Of a stretch of 64,000 nt of DNA, positions 45,464 to 56,504 are shown in pieces (the stretch's first letter is position 1; each line of letters opens with the position of its first letter). This stretch comes from Lepidodermella squamata. Lineage: Eukaryota > Animalia > Gastrotricha. The notes beneath the pieces are model-generated. The model had not been told where the DNA came from. It ran no database searches and saw nothing but the letters and a program-made list of their open reading frames with translations. The stretch covers positions 1,178,001 to 1,242,000 of the forward strand of contig JBLDXI010000012.1 in the NCBI GenBank assembly GCA_047495785.1, in the 5' to 3' direction. The translations under genes were made by a program, and so were the position numbers.

Positions 45464-45715
45464 TCTGTGATGTAAATTTTACTTCAAACCACAAATCATA
45501 GCCGTAATTTTTGTTAAAATTTCCTATCACGTGTTCATTTCTGCAGTAAAAATGAAAGGAGGAGAATTATTGATATGGTTGAAAAGAAAAACATTTGTCA
45601 TTCGCTCCTTGGTAACGTTAATCGATATTTGGCACCAGGAAACGAAGCCTGGCTACAAGCATCCGAAATGCATCATTTATTCGTATATTCAAGTTCCGCT
45701 CAACGTTAAAATACC

Positions 45716-46290
45716 ATGTCTAAGGTTAGCCCGAGTGAGTCTCCTATCAGTTCGATGGCGAACAGTCTCGACTACGGAAATCGAGACCCAAAAATCATTC
45801 ACGATAAAGAACATTTTCAGGTAAATAAAATAATTGTAGTGAACAAATTACCAAACAATTTTCCTTATTAAGGTGGACTTCAGTGACATTTTCGGTGAGC
45901 CCGATCCAGGGGTTCACAGTTTCAAAGGCGTTTGGAAGGCTTCTTACCTTGTTTTTAGCTACACCCGGCTGTGGACCTACCGAATTCTGTCGATTTTCGG
46001 CGTGATCAGTGCGCTGTGCTTTGGTCTGGAATATGGATGTACAGCTTGCTACATGATCTGGTGTTGCTGGCCATGCCTCAAGCTTAGCAACATTTGCGTC
46101 CTCCCAATTAGAAAGGTTCGAGAATTATTATAAAAAATCGGAAGAATTTCTTAATTAATTCTGTTATTTTCAACAGATATTCGAAATTTGCCTCAATACT
46201 TGCGTCATGCCATGCATCCGGGCTATATCTATGCTTTTTTGGAACATCAGAGTGGTTGTAGCAAAAGATGCTGGAGCCGCGAATGTTTGA
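45716..46290 (+). CDS. Divergent caveolin paralog, 3 exons
   Basis: MSKVSPSE...LDYGNRDPKIIHDKEHFQ|VDFSDIFGEPDPGVHSF...WTYRILS...GLEYG...IWCCWPC...|...FWNIRVVVAKDAGAANV*. Confidence 0.88.
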
Positions 46291-46691
46291 ACTGTTGAGA
46301 AAAAATGATGAAATAAAATTATCAAATAAAAGCATATTTTCAAATAATTTTCTTTTATATAAAATTGTCTATAAATTTGCCTGCCTATATAATCGGGTTA
46401 AAGCATCATATCGGAAATTAATGAAGAATCGATTAAGGCGATGGTATTAAATATTAATATGATTTATACCGACATTGACTGAAACATCTATTCTTACACG
46501 GCATTGTTCGTCTTCATATGATTTAGAAGGCAATCGAACGGCTCGGTTGCTGCAAAACAGTGCGCAAGGCGTTGCCCAGGGTGTGACATTACGTAGCAAC
46601 TATTTAACAAGGCGGCTTATAAATAAAAAGCGCGTTGTACCTACACTTTACAAGTAAGCAAACACTTAGCTTTTTTCTGGAATTTTCCACC

Positions 46692-47189
46692 ATGACTGAA
46701 ATCGACGCTAGTCGTCTAAATTATGGCGAGCGAGATCCGAAAGAAATTCACGACCCAACCCAGTTTCAGGTGGCTTGGGAGGAAGTTTTTGCCGAGCCTG
46801 ATCCGGGCGTTCATTCGCTGAAAGGAGTCTGGCGTGCCTCTTACCTTGTCTTCAGCTACGTAAGGCTATGGACCTATCGACTGCTTAGCATCCTCGGCGT
46901 CATTCAAGCCTGCTGCTGTGGTATCGAGTATGGCTGCGTGGCTTGCACAAGTAAATTTATTTTAAATAATAAAATTAGCCCGACTAATTTTTCTTGATAT
47001 GTTATAGTTATCTGGTGTTGGATTCCGTGTTTGAAGTTGTGCCAAATTCAGCTTATTCCTATCAGGAAGTGCTTTTCGATTTGTCTCGATACATGTATTG
47101 CTCCGTGTATCCATGCAATGTCGATGTTGTTCTGGAACATTCGCGTTACCATGGCGAAAGACGATGGGAAAGGCGTCCAGCAAGTTTGA
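46692..47189 (+). CDS. Divergent caveolin paralog, 2 exons
   Basis: MTEIDASRLNYGERDPKEIHDPTQFQVAWEEVFAEPDPGVHS...WTYRLLS...GIEYG...|IWCWIPC...FWNIRVTMAKDDGKGVQQV*. Confidence 0.88.
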
Positions 47190-47532
47190 ACATCGCTGCT
47201 TCGAATCGCTTATGTAGTAACTGAAATTATGATTTCCCCGTTAGGCTACTCGTTATTCTAAATATTGAGTGTAATATTCAACTAGTTTCGAATTTATCCT
47301 GAATAAAATAGGGTAACAGCGCTATTTGAGATCGGTGTTCCGGAAGAATAAAAGTTGAAGGGGTGTTCATGCAAATTTAGCATGGCAAAATATATCTGAA
47401 AGAGGCAAAATGAATCTCAGCAGAGACAAATCCTTTTTTATTCCAATTTAATTTATCATAAATATCAATTGAGGCTTGTTGCTTCAATCATCTGCTCATC
47501 AGATTGAAAATGTTGAGATTGAGTTTCCAGCA

Positions 47533-48121
47533 TTATTTTTCTGCGGCGGCACCGGTTTCGACGGCGACCGAGTACGAGAAGTTGTTGGAGGCCGAGTAGC
47601 TGCCGCTCTTGCTGCCCTTGCGACCCTTGCCGTGCTTGCCACCGTGCTTCTTGCCACCAAACTTCTTGCCGCCGTACTTCTTGCCACCGTGGCGCTTGTT
47701 GCCATGCTTCTTGTTGTAGCCGCCGAAGGAGCCCGATCGCGAGTACGAGCCGGACATGGATCCGCGCTGGTGCACGCGCATGAACTTCTTGGTGGAGACC
47801 TTGCGGGTGTGCTTGTTCGTGCGGGCCGACACCGACGCGGACACGGACTTGGAGAACGAGGCACGGCGGTGCTTGCGCCCAGCGACGAAGGCCTTCTTGG
47901 CCGGGCGCTTCTTCATCGCGTGCTTCTTCGGCTGCCGGTTGTACGACACGCTGATGGAGACGCTCTTCGAGACGCTTTTGCCCTTGTTACCACGGCCAGC
48001 CTCAACGCTGGTGAAAGCTGAAATTGGAATGAACATAAATGCAATGGGAAGTAATGACATGAGTATGATTTTTACCAAGGCCCATGAGGGCGACAGCAGC
48101 CAAAACTAGGACGGCGCGCAT
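47533..48121 (-). CDS. Secreted, highly cationic Ser/Gly/Lys/Arg-rich protein of unknown family (copy 1), 2 exons
   Basis: The signal exon MRAVLVLAAVALMGL|gtaaaa splices to AFTSVEAGRGNKGKSVSKSVSISVSY...GGKKYGGKKFGGKKHGGKH...*. Codon usage is strongly GC-biased, a TATA box lies upstream, and a paralog is at 56505-57075. Confidence 0.85.
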
Positions 48122-48934
48122 TCTGATTTTTTGAATAGGACGGAAAAGAGGAAGTTTTAATTTCGAAGGATTGATGATGATGCATTTGCTTGAGATCTCT
48201 TGAAGCTTTTATACGAGACTCTTTCATTTTCTGAGGCGCATTAGATTAGTTGTTGATTTCGAATTAGAAATTGACAATCGCCATGAAAATCATTAATGAT
48301 AAAACTCGATGATATTCTGTCAATAAGTCATGGCATCGACAATTCAAGAGGCTACGACTAGGTGGTTGAGAAATCACTGAGCACTGAGTGTTCTTAAGGA
48401 GTGCAGTTGATTATTGATCAAGAATTTTCGATCACACACGACCCTTCCGTACTTAACTACCAAGGTGAGTTTCTGGATTCTCCAGAATTTAAGTGCCAAT
48501 CCAGTCTGCTCTGGCGAAGGCTTGCCAATTCTTTTCCGTTTTTTTTGGACGAAAACCTAATTATTTAAAATCATCGTTGATATTAAAAATTAAAATAAAT
48601 TTTCGAGAAAAAAGAAACGAATGTAGAAATTGAAATGAATGACAAGCTGAATTTCTAACTTGAGCAAATGTTCACGTGAAAGCCATTTCACGTGGCCTTT
48701 AACCTGAAACCAAATAAAAAATTGCATCATGATCAAAACAACAAATGACCTGGGCCCACTGTCATTGCTATTTTTAGCATGTCTCACCCGTGCCAAAGCG
48801 CGCGCCAAAATCCGAACAAGCGCTATAAAATCCGCTTGAACACGGGGCCAACTCATCATCAATCAATAGCATTTCTCAGCTTTCTAGCTTTCGTTTTGTC
48901 ATATTTTTCCGCTCGTATCTAATCATCTACAAAA
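48122..48934. promoter_or_regulatory. Divergent promoter region shared by the cationic protein gene and sHSP copy 1
   Basis: TATAAAA on the minus strand at 48207-48213 and on the plus strand at 48824-48830, each about 90-110 bp before its ATG. Confidence 0.55.
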
Positions 48935-50520
48935 ATGGCCTGCTCTTTCGCTAACAACACTTCGTCCGTCCTGTCGGCTGGTTTCGACGGTCTTGCTGCC
49001 AAGCTCGGCCAATACAACCAATCTGGTCTGGCTGGCATCAACGCCGCCTCGGCTGCCACTGGCTTCGGCGCCAACAGCAACGTCTTTGGTGGTGTTCTCG
49101 GCGGTAACGGTAACGGTAACAACTGGGCTGGTGCCTACAACAACGGCCTCGTCGGCGGTCAGATCAACGCCAACAACGTCGCTGCTCAGGTCGGCGCCAA
49201 GATCGGCGCCCTGATCGGCCAGGAGTACGGTGCTCAGCTCGGTGCTGCCATCGCCGGCCAGCTGAACGCCACCTTCGGAGCCCAGTGGGCCGCCCAGCTG
49301 GGAGCTGCCTACGGCGCCGAGGTCGTCGCCGACTTGGGTGCCCAACTTGCCGTCTTCGCTGCCGCCACCGGATTCGGCGCCCAGTCGACCGCCCAGCAGG
49401 GTGCCCAGTGGGGTGCTCAGGCCGGCGCCCAGTTGGCCGCTGTTCTGGCTGCCAAGCTCGGCGGACAGGCTGCCGCTGCTGGTGCCTTCTTCGCCAACAA
49501 CCAGGCCGTCGCTCAGATCGGCGCCGCGATCATCTCGCAGGCTGGTGCCAAGCTGGGTGCCTGCGTCGCTGCCCAGATCAACGGCGGTGCCTTCGGTGCT
49601 GGTGCCAACGTCGCTGGCAACTTCGGCGGCTTCAACGCCCTAAACAACGGTCTGTTCGGTGGCCTGAACAGCTACAACGCCGGCCTCTTCGGAGCCAACC
49701 AGTTCAACAACTTCGGTGGTAACGTCAACAGCTTGGCTGGTGCCTACAACAACGGCCTCTTCGGTGGTGCCAACAACTTCTCTGGCCTCTTCGGTGGCAA
49801 CGCTGCCTTCAACGGTCAGTTCTCTGGCAACCAGCTGAACAACTTCGGAGCCAACTCCTTCGGCAGCCTCTTCGGCGGTGCCAACACCTTCGCCAACCAG
49901 GCTGGTCTCTTCGGCGGCAACATCAACGGCCTCTTCAACTCGCAGGCTGCCGCCGACAAGCTGTACAACATCGCCTTCCGCCCGTCCAGCCAGGCCGAGC
50001 TCTACACCCTGACCAACCCGGTGCAGTACGTCGACAACCAGGGCAACCGCCAGCTGTTCCTCGCCTTCGAGCTCAAGGGCTTCAAGCCTGAGGAGGTCGC
50101 CGTCACCCTGAACAAGGCCGAGCGCGCCGTCGTCGTCGAGGCTGCCCACGAGGCCAAGGACGGCAAGGAGCACACCGTCGCCCGCAAGTACTCGCGCAAG
50201 TTCGTCCTGCCCGAGGTGAGCTATTGAATCATTTCCAACTTGAAATGCTTATTTTTCTATATTTTCAGACCCTCGCCAAGGTCGAACTGGCCAAGGTTGA
50301 GCTCAAGTCGCAGCTGAATGCCAACGGCTTCCTGACCATCGAGGCCGAGCTGCCGAAGCTGAGCGCCGAGGAGATCGCCAAGCTGCCGGTTTCGTCGTCT
50401 CAGCTGCTCAACGCCGCTGCTCTGAACAACAGCAACGTCTACGGCAACGTCTTCGGTGGCAACAACGTCTACAGCAACATCGCCAACGCCGTCAAGCCCG
50501 TCACCGTCAAGACCGCCTAA
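48935..50520 (+). CDS. Small heat-shock protein (alpha-crystallin domain) with a 340-aa G/A/N/F-rich N-terminal extension (copy 1), 2 exons
   Basis: The C-terminal ACD reads LAFELKGFKPEEVAVTL...VVVEAAHE...RKYSRKFVLPE|...LKSQLNANGFLTIEAELP and ends with an IxI-like VKPVTVKTA. The N-terminus has GAQLGA repeats and GLFG repeats. Confidence 0.9.
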
Positions 50521-51297
50521 ATATGAAATCTGAAAGCCTAGGAGCATAGAAAAACTCTCAGTGAAAAGACTCGAACTAACGTGATTAACCAAGTGCGATC
50601 GGATTTTATTCAGAGATGCAATAAATCAGAACTTTTCTCTGTATTTCATAATTTCGTGGTGTCCATTCAATCGGTTACACCCCACTAATGACTTCAATGA
50701 ATGACTTCAATATTCCAATCTTCTTAACTGCTCCATACCCAAAGTTTTTAGGCCTTCATTTGATATCAACTAAACGCTTTCCCGGAGGAAAATCACGATT
50801 TCAATTTTACAAGTGGAAAGGTCCCACTTGAAGGTTTAGAATACCAGAGGTGCAAAGCAAATGGACTCAAACTAATGCAAATAGCCATCCCGAATTTAAA
50901 CTCGGGAAAACTACAATAAAACGTGAGCGAAGGGGATAAAACGGAAGAATTTGCTCTTTCTCTATCTAACTCGTACAAATGACAGTGTACCTGAATGGGC
51001 TCGTTCCGTTTTATCACATTTCACTGTGTATTTTTGGGTTGGGCAACGTAGGAGGGCGTAACCAAATTACTCTAACATAGGCTTTTGGCTGATAGTCAAT
51101 ATTCCCTCGGTATCTGAAGTACGGTTGCCGCTCAAACAGAGCTGATAAATCTGTCTCCTAAGGTAGGAATCACAGACCACTGTCTCGCGGTATGTCAATC
51201 GAAATGTATATGAATCAACCCCAGTCTTTATATATACGACTCGCTTCGTTTTATATAACCATTTTCACAAACTTTTACCGGGCACATCGAATAACAT

Positions 51298-52659
51298 ATG
51301 GCTATGAAGTTACTGGCTATCATTTCTTTACTTCTGGCATCGGCTTATGCTGACGCTCCATCGTCCTCATGGAACAACGTAGGGGGTAATCACGCTCACA
51401 CAGGTTATAAAGCCGAGTCATTCGCGGCAAGTAGCGGCGTTGAGCTTAAGCGAAAATTCGACGCGACTCTCGATACGAATGACGTTGAAAACGATCAAAT
51501 CGTAGCCCACGCCGGATGGATTTTTCAAATCGAGGACAAATGGCTGCTTCAAATCTACGATGCGGAGACCGGCCACCGTATTCGCACCCTCCGCTTATTC
51601 AATTCGGAGGCATTATGCGGCCAGCCGATGATAGCGCAACTTCGCGATGAAGTTTCGTTGTTCGTTCGATGCGAATTCTCAGCGACGCAGCGAGATGCCA
51701 ACATCAGTTTGATAAAAGTTAAATTGAACAACAATTCAGGCTGGAATGTGATATCGTTTCAAGGACATACGAATAATTACGCGCCCTCAAACTCCTTCGT
51801 CGATGTGATAAGCTGGAAGAAAGGCTATTGGTACACGGTTGCCGAGTCGAGAAATGTTATTGGGTTTTTCAATACGATGATACCGCAGCCGATAAAAGTT
51901 ACAATTCCGACTGTCGGCGACTCCGTACTTTATGCAGCTGCTTTAAGCGAGGATTATCAACGATTGTTTGTATCCCATGCCTTCTCCCTGACACAGATAG
52001 ACGCGGAAAGTGGGGTTATTCTAGGCACACTGCAATTTCAAGACCCAACCTTGGCGAGCTCAAAAGCAAGATGGTTCGTGCCGGTAGTAACGGGAAATCG
52101 AGCTATTGTCACATCTTTGACCTGCGACGCCGCGGCGTGCGAGATGCAACTACATGGCATTGACATAACAAGAGACGCGAAAATGTCTGTCGCTTGGACT
52201 TACAACTTCGGCCATTCGGATGATTATGTTCATGACAGCTTTGCCACGGATGGATCGTCAATCTACGCTGTGAACTTTGTAACGTCTGGGTTGCTTGTCA
52301 TCGACGTTACCACCGGGAAATTGATCAACACATTCCCTTGTGACAGCCTTGGCAGGGGTGTTAGTGCGCGGCCTTACACTATAGTCACGGATGACTATGT
52401 CTTCTCCGAGGCTTGTAAAGGGCTAACAGTCATGGACAAGAAAACTGGCAAGATAATTGACAAAACGCATGAGCCGGTCGCTGGGCTGTCCTATCATAAG
52501 AATGCTGTATATTTCCGGTATTATGATGAAGAAACTGGTAAGCAAGTAATCAGATCTGTCGCCTTGCAACAAGCTGTTATATCTATGAGCCCGATGACTG
52601 TCGGAAGTTTCGGAATCACGTCTCTATGTGCTGTTTTCGCCGTTTTCAGTGCCTTTTAA
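51298..52659 (+). CDS. Intronless secreted, probably GPI-anchored PQQ-like/BamB-like beta-propeller protein
   Basis: A 453-aa single ORF with a signal peptide, WNNVGGNHAHTGY, repeated blade ends (IYDAETGH, IDAESGV, IDVTTGK, MDKKTGK) and a hydrophobic C-terminal tail. Confidence 0.75.
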   Translation: MAMKLLAIISLLLASAYADAPSSSWNNVGGNHAHTGYKAESFAASSGVELKRKFDATLDTNDVENDQIVAHAGWIFQIEDKWLLQIYDAETGHRIRTLRLFNSEALCGQPMIAQLRDEVSLFVRCEFSATQRDANISLIKVKLNNNSGWNVISFQGHTNNYAPSNSFVDVISWKKGYWYTVAESRNVIGFFNTMIPQPIKVTIPTVGDSVLYAAALSEDYQRLFVSHAFSLTQIDAESGVILGTLQFQDPTLASSKARWFVPVVTGNRAIVTSLTCDAAACEMQLHGIDITRDAKMSVAWTYNFGHSDDYVHDSFATDGSSIYAVNFVTSGLLVIDVTTGKLINTFPCDSLGRGVSARPYTIVTDDYVFSEACKGLTVMDKKTGKIIDKTHEPVAGLSYHKNAVYFRYYDEETGKQVIRSVALQQAVISMSPMTVGSFGITSLCAVFAVFSAF

Positions 52660-53049
52660 CAGAGCATTCGTTCTATAATTCAATTCCATTGCAAATCGCT
52701 GTTATTGATTTGATTCGCATTTATATTTTTCTCATCTTTCACCTGTATCCAAGAGAGATTCAGTCTTTTGAAATGCTAGTCCAATGCGTTACCTATAATG
52801 TCGACCTATAATGACGGACACAATAAAATATATTATTATATTGAACTATGAAATTCTAATCGTTTCAGTTCAAGAATGTTGTTATTCTTTAAAAGTCGCT
52901 CCGAAAGTGACTATGACCCCACCGAACGCGGCCGCCTCGAGACCGCAGCTACCGGTGAAGGTCGGTGACCTCGTACGGCCAAGTTTGCGCTCAAGGCCAG
53001 ACCTCGTCATCCCGGTTAGGGTTTGTCGTTAGATGACGTTGGGGCCAGC

Positions 53050-53212
53050 TCCTGAAAAATTACCTGTTTTATATATAGCGAATTTCGATTTGTTAAATAT
53101 ACTCACCTATTCTGCAGTCTTCAGAAAGAGCCACGGCTATCAGAATAATACCCAAGGCGCTTCGTACAATTGGGCAAAAAGACATTTCTTGTAGCTGGTC
53201 GTCATTATCCAT
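53050..53212 (-). pseudogene. Frameshifted copy of the small membrane-protein gene at 28675-29049
   Basis: It is homologous to exon 1 of the first copy and keeps the gtgagt donor and ttttcag acceptor. Indels give MDNDDQLQEMSFCPIVRSALGLF*, which loses the TM reading frame. Confidence 0.6.
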
Positions 53213-53716
53213 TTTGAACGATGGATGCTTTGAGAGTTGAAGATTTTGCAAAGTTCAGACGAGTTATTTATGAAGATTTTATTTAATGAAAAACACCCTC
53301 CCCCGAGCAACAAAACTTTGGGTTTTTTCTGCCATCGTCGTAATCAATGAATTATTGATGTTGCATTCCCAGCATCATAAGTCATAAGTGTGTTTTTTCT
53401 CCCCTGCTTACCTGGAAGGTCGCCTTTTTTCAGGCCAAAGGGTGTGTGTGACCTCAAATATAAGTGACGCCGACTGGTGTTCCAAATTACTTCTCACGGT
53501 TTCTAGAATTACTTCGGAAATTTACTCAGGTGTGCAATAAAGCGGAAAATTACCGTGGTTATCTGAAAGCCGAACTTAATATCGAGTGAATAAAAAGATA
53601 AAAGGAGCTAGGAGTAATTAGGGCCAGACTATAGCCAGACTATATATATTATAATTATAACCAGGTCACGCGCTTATTGTGCGCATTTTTTCTCGCTTAC
53701 CTTCAATTATAAAACC

Positions 53717-54254
53717 ATGATTTCTTCGAAGTTTTGTTTCGTTTTCGCCGCTATTTTTGCGTTAGCAGCGGCGCGTGTCGATGACAAGTGTTTGAAATGC
53801 ATCTGCCAGGTAATTAGACGATACCTAATTGCGGCATATTGTTTACTGAAGCGTTTTTTAAGGTGGAGAGCAACTGTAATGTTAACTTCGGGTGTATAAT
53901 GGACGTCGGCTCGCTGTCTTGCGGTCCATACCAAATCAAGCAAGTCTACCACACCGAATGCAAGGCGAAAGGCGGCGTCGATTCCGACTGGAAAAAGTGC
54001 TCTAATTCAATGGCTTGTTCAGAGAAATGCATCCAAAATTACATGGATCGTTACGCAACTTCCTGCACTGGTGGAAAGGCACCAACTTGTGAGGTATAGC
54101 AAGCATTTTCCTTCTGTAGCTTTGCCGAACTAATTATTGCGTCGTTAATTAGGACTACGCCCGAATTCACAACGGAGGGCCGAAAGGCTGTAAATCAAGC
54201 TCGACAGCTGGTTACTGGAAAAAAGTCAAAGCCTGCCTCGACAAGTCGGGTTAA
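53717..54254 (+). CDS. Invertebrate (i-type) lysozyme, second copy, 3 exons
   Basis: CLKCICQ|VESNC...CIMDVGSLSCGPYQIKQVY...CE|DYARIHNGGPKGC...YWKKVKACLDKSG*, with the same intron positions as the 29586 copy. Confidence 0.95.
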
Positions 54255-54618
54255 GCTCTTGATGCTCTTGAAGTTCCTATAAACAATATTGCTATATATT
54301 ATTGATGACCATGTATTGCTCTAATTGCTATTATTTCGCTTGCTCTTTACGCGCACAACCGATTATTTTCACATAATAAAATAGCTTCGTGACGAGGAGG
54401 CGAACCTGGACCCTATTAGTCTGTTAGACCACCAAGACTGTAACTGAAATTCAATCATCGGACTGAGTCATAGCATGCAATTTTTACGCAACATCTCTTG
54501 TTTTACTGTCTCGAGAAAAACTGCGAATAGCACAAGAGTATCACATCGAATGGTATCACAATTTTTCTCAAGCAAAGTTCTTTAACATTGCGCATAATTG
54601 CTTCTCGTTAGATTTCAT

Positions 54619-55907
54619 TTAAGCGGTCTTGACGGTGACGGGCTTGACATCGTAGGAACGGCGGTTGATGGCGTTGATGCCGCCGAAGGCCTGGACGGCG
54701 GCGTTGAAGCCTCCGAAGGCGGGCAGCTTGTTGTACAGCTCGGACATGGTCGGGCACTTGGCGATCTCCTCGGTGGTCATCTTCGGCAGCTGGCACTCGA
54801 CGACGAGGTGGCCCTCCTGGGTCAGGCACGACTTGAGCTCAACCTTGGTCAGGTCGATCTTGGCAAGGGTCTGAAATTGAGACGAATTTAGGGATATTAG
54901 TTAGAGGAGCTAAGAAATCTCACCTCGGGCAGGACGAACTTGCGCGAGTACTTGCGGGCGACGGTGTGCTCCTTGCCGTCCTTGGCCTCGTGGGCAGCCT
55001 CGACGACGACGGCGCGCTCGGCCTTGTTCAGGGTGACGGTGACTTCCTCAGGCTTGAAGCCCTTGAGCTCGAAGCACAGGTACAGCTGGCGGTTGCCCTC
55101 GACGTCGATCATGCGGATCGGGTGGGTCAGGGTGTAGAGCTCGACCTCGGAGGACGGGCGGAAGGCGATGTTGTACAGCTTGTTGTCAGCCGACAGGCTG
55201 TTCGACCAGGTGTTGGCGCCGAAGGTGGTCGGGTAGTTGAGGCCACCGAAGCGCTCGAACGAGCCGGTCCAGTTGTTGGCGAGGCGGGCACCACCGAAGC
55301 GCGACTCGGCGACGCGGGCGGCGATGACGTAGCACTGCTTGGCGCAGACGTCGGCGAAGAGCTCGGCGCCGATGCGGGCGGCGAACTCGGCGGTGTAGAT
55401 GGCACCCAGGCGCTGGGCGATGATGGCACCCAGTTCGGCGCCGTGCTCGGCTCCGAAGGTGTAGCACCAGCGGGCGCACTGCTCGACCGGCCAGCCGTTG
55501 ACGAGCTTGACGGCGAGCTCGGCACCCAGCTTGGCGCACATCTCGGCTCCCCACTGGGCGCCGATGCGGACGGCCACCTCCTGGCCGACGAAGGTGTTGA
55601 GGCGGGCGGCGACGATGGCGGCCAGCTGGGCACCGCACTCGGCACCGAAGACGCGGCCGGTCTCGGCTCCGCACTCGATCGGCGAGGCGAAGGTGTTGTA
55701 GGCGATCGGGGACGAGGCGAAGGCATTGACGTTGTGGATGCCAGCAGCAGCGGCGAACGGGGTCGGGACGGCGGCGTTGATGAGGCTGCGCTCAACAGAC
55801 GACGGCGAGTAGATGTCGACCTTGTTGCGGAGCAGGCTCTCGACGTTCATCGGGCTGGTGTAGCCAGCGGCGAAGGTCGAGGGGATCGAGGTGTATGAGC
55901 AAGCCAT
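54619..55907 (-). CDS. Small heat-shock protein with a glycine-zipper-like N-terminal domain (copy 2), 2 exons
   Basis: It starts MACSY (copy 1 starts MACSF), has GAECGAQLAA/GAQWGAE/GAELGA repeats, an ACD nearly identical to copy 1, the same intron position and the same VKPVTVKTA* end. Confidence 0.9.
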
Positions 55908-56504
55908 TTTAGAGTTTGAAGAGGATCAAAACACGAACGAAAATGAAAGCGAGAAGATTGCTGTGAGCTTTAAATTGCAAAAGCAGGTGATGATCGTAGC
56001 TAATCAGCAGAACGCCTTATATAAGCCAAAATTCGAATAAGGCACGCGACGTACACAATCAAAAATTGCTCGTGTGCTTCTATTGGTCACACGATCCGAT
56101 TTCATTGTGACACGAATAAACCTACTGGCAACTGGCCATCAAAAGCTCCTAAAATAATGAGAGTTGGATACTCGCAAAAACTCTAATCCCTTTTAACCTT
56201 TGTGGTCGAGGAAGGTCGATAAGATGCGAAGTGATCTGAAATGAAAGTGAGAAAAATATTATACATTGAACAAAAGTTGGTTCAGTATAGATTGCTAGTA
56301 AGCTAACAAATAATATTTCCATGAAGATCAATCCCTCATTATTTCGGCATCCACGGCCAGTTGTGCGGTGTGCGGCAGAATAGTAATCCTGATGTGTCTG
56401 AAAGGATAGACGAAGTCACAGAATAATGCTACCTTATTTCCTGAATTCTTTAATTTTTATTTCGAAAATGAAAAGGTCGAAAATAAATTATCGAATGTTA
56501 TCAA

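Noticed and set aside
48122-48934. Heat-shock elements upstream of the sHSP
   Set aside because: I found no clear triple nGAAn inverted array, so heat inducibility is not supported.
54390-54440. Weak tRNA/SINE-like stretch downstream of the second lysozyme
   Set aside because: Too degenerate, with no acceptor or anticodon stems.
54966-55898. Long antisense and alternative-frame ORFs over the sHSP, cationic-protein and tubulin genes (e.g. 310 aa on +)
   Set aside because: These are shadow ORFs caused by strong GC3 codon bias on the coding strand; they have no independent motifs.
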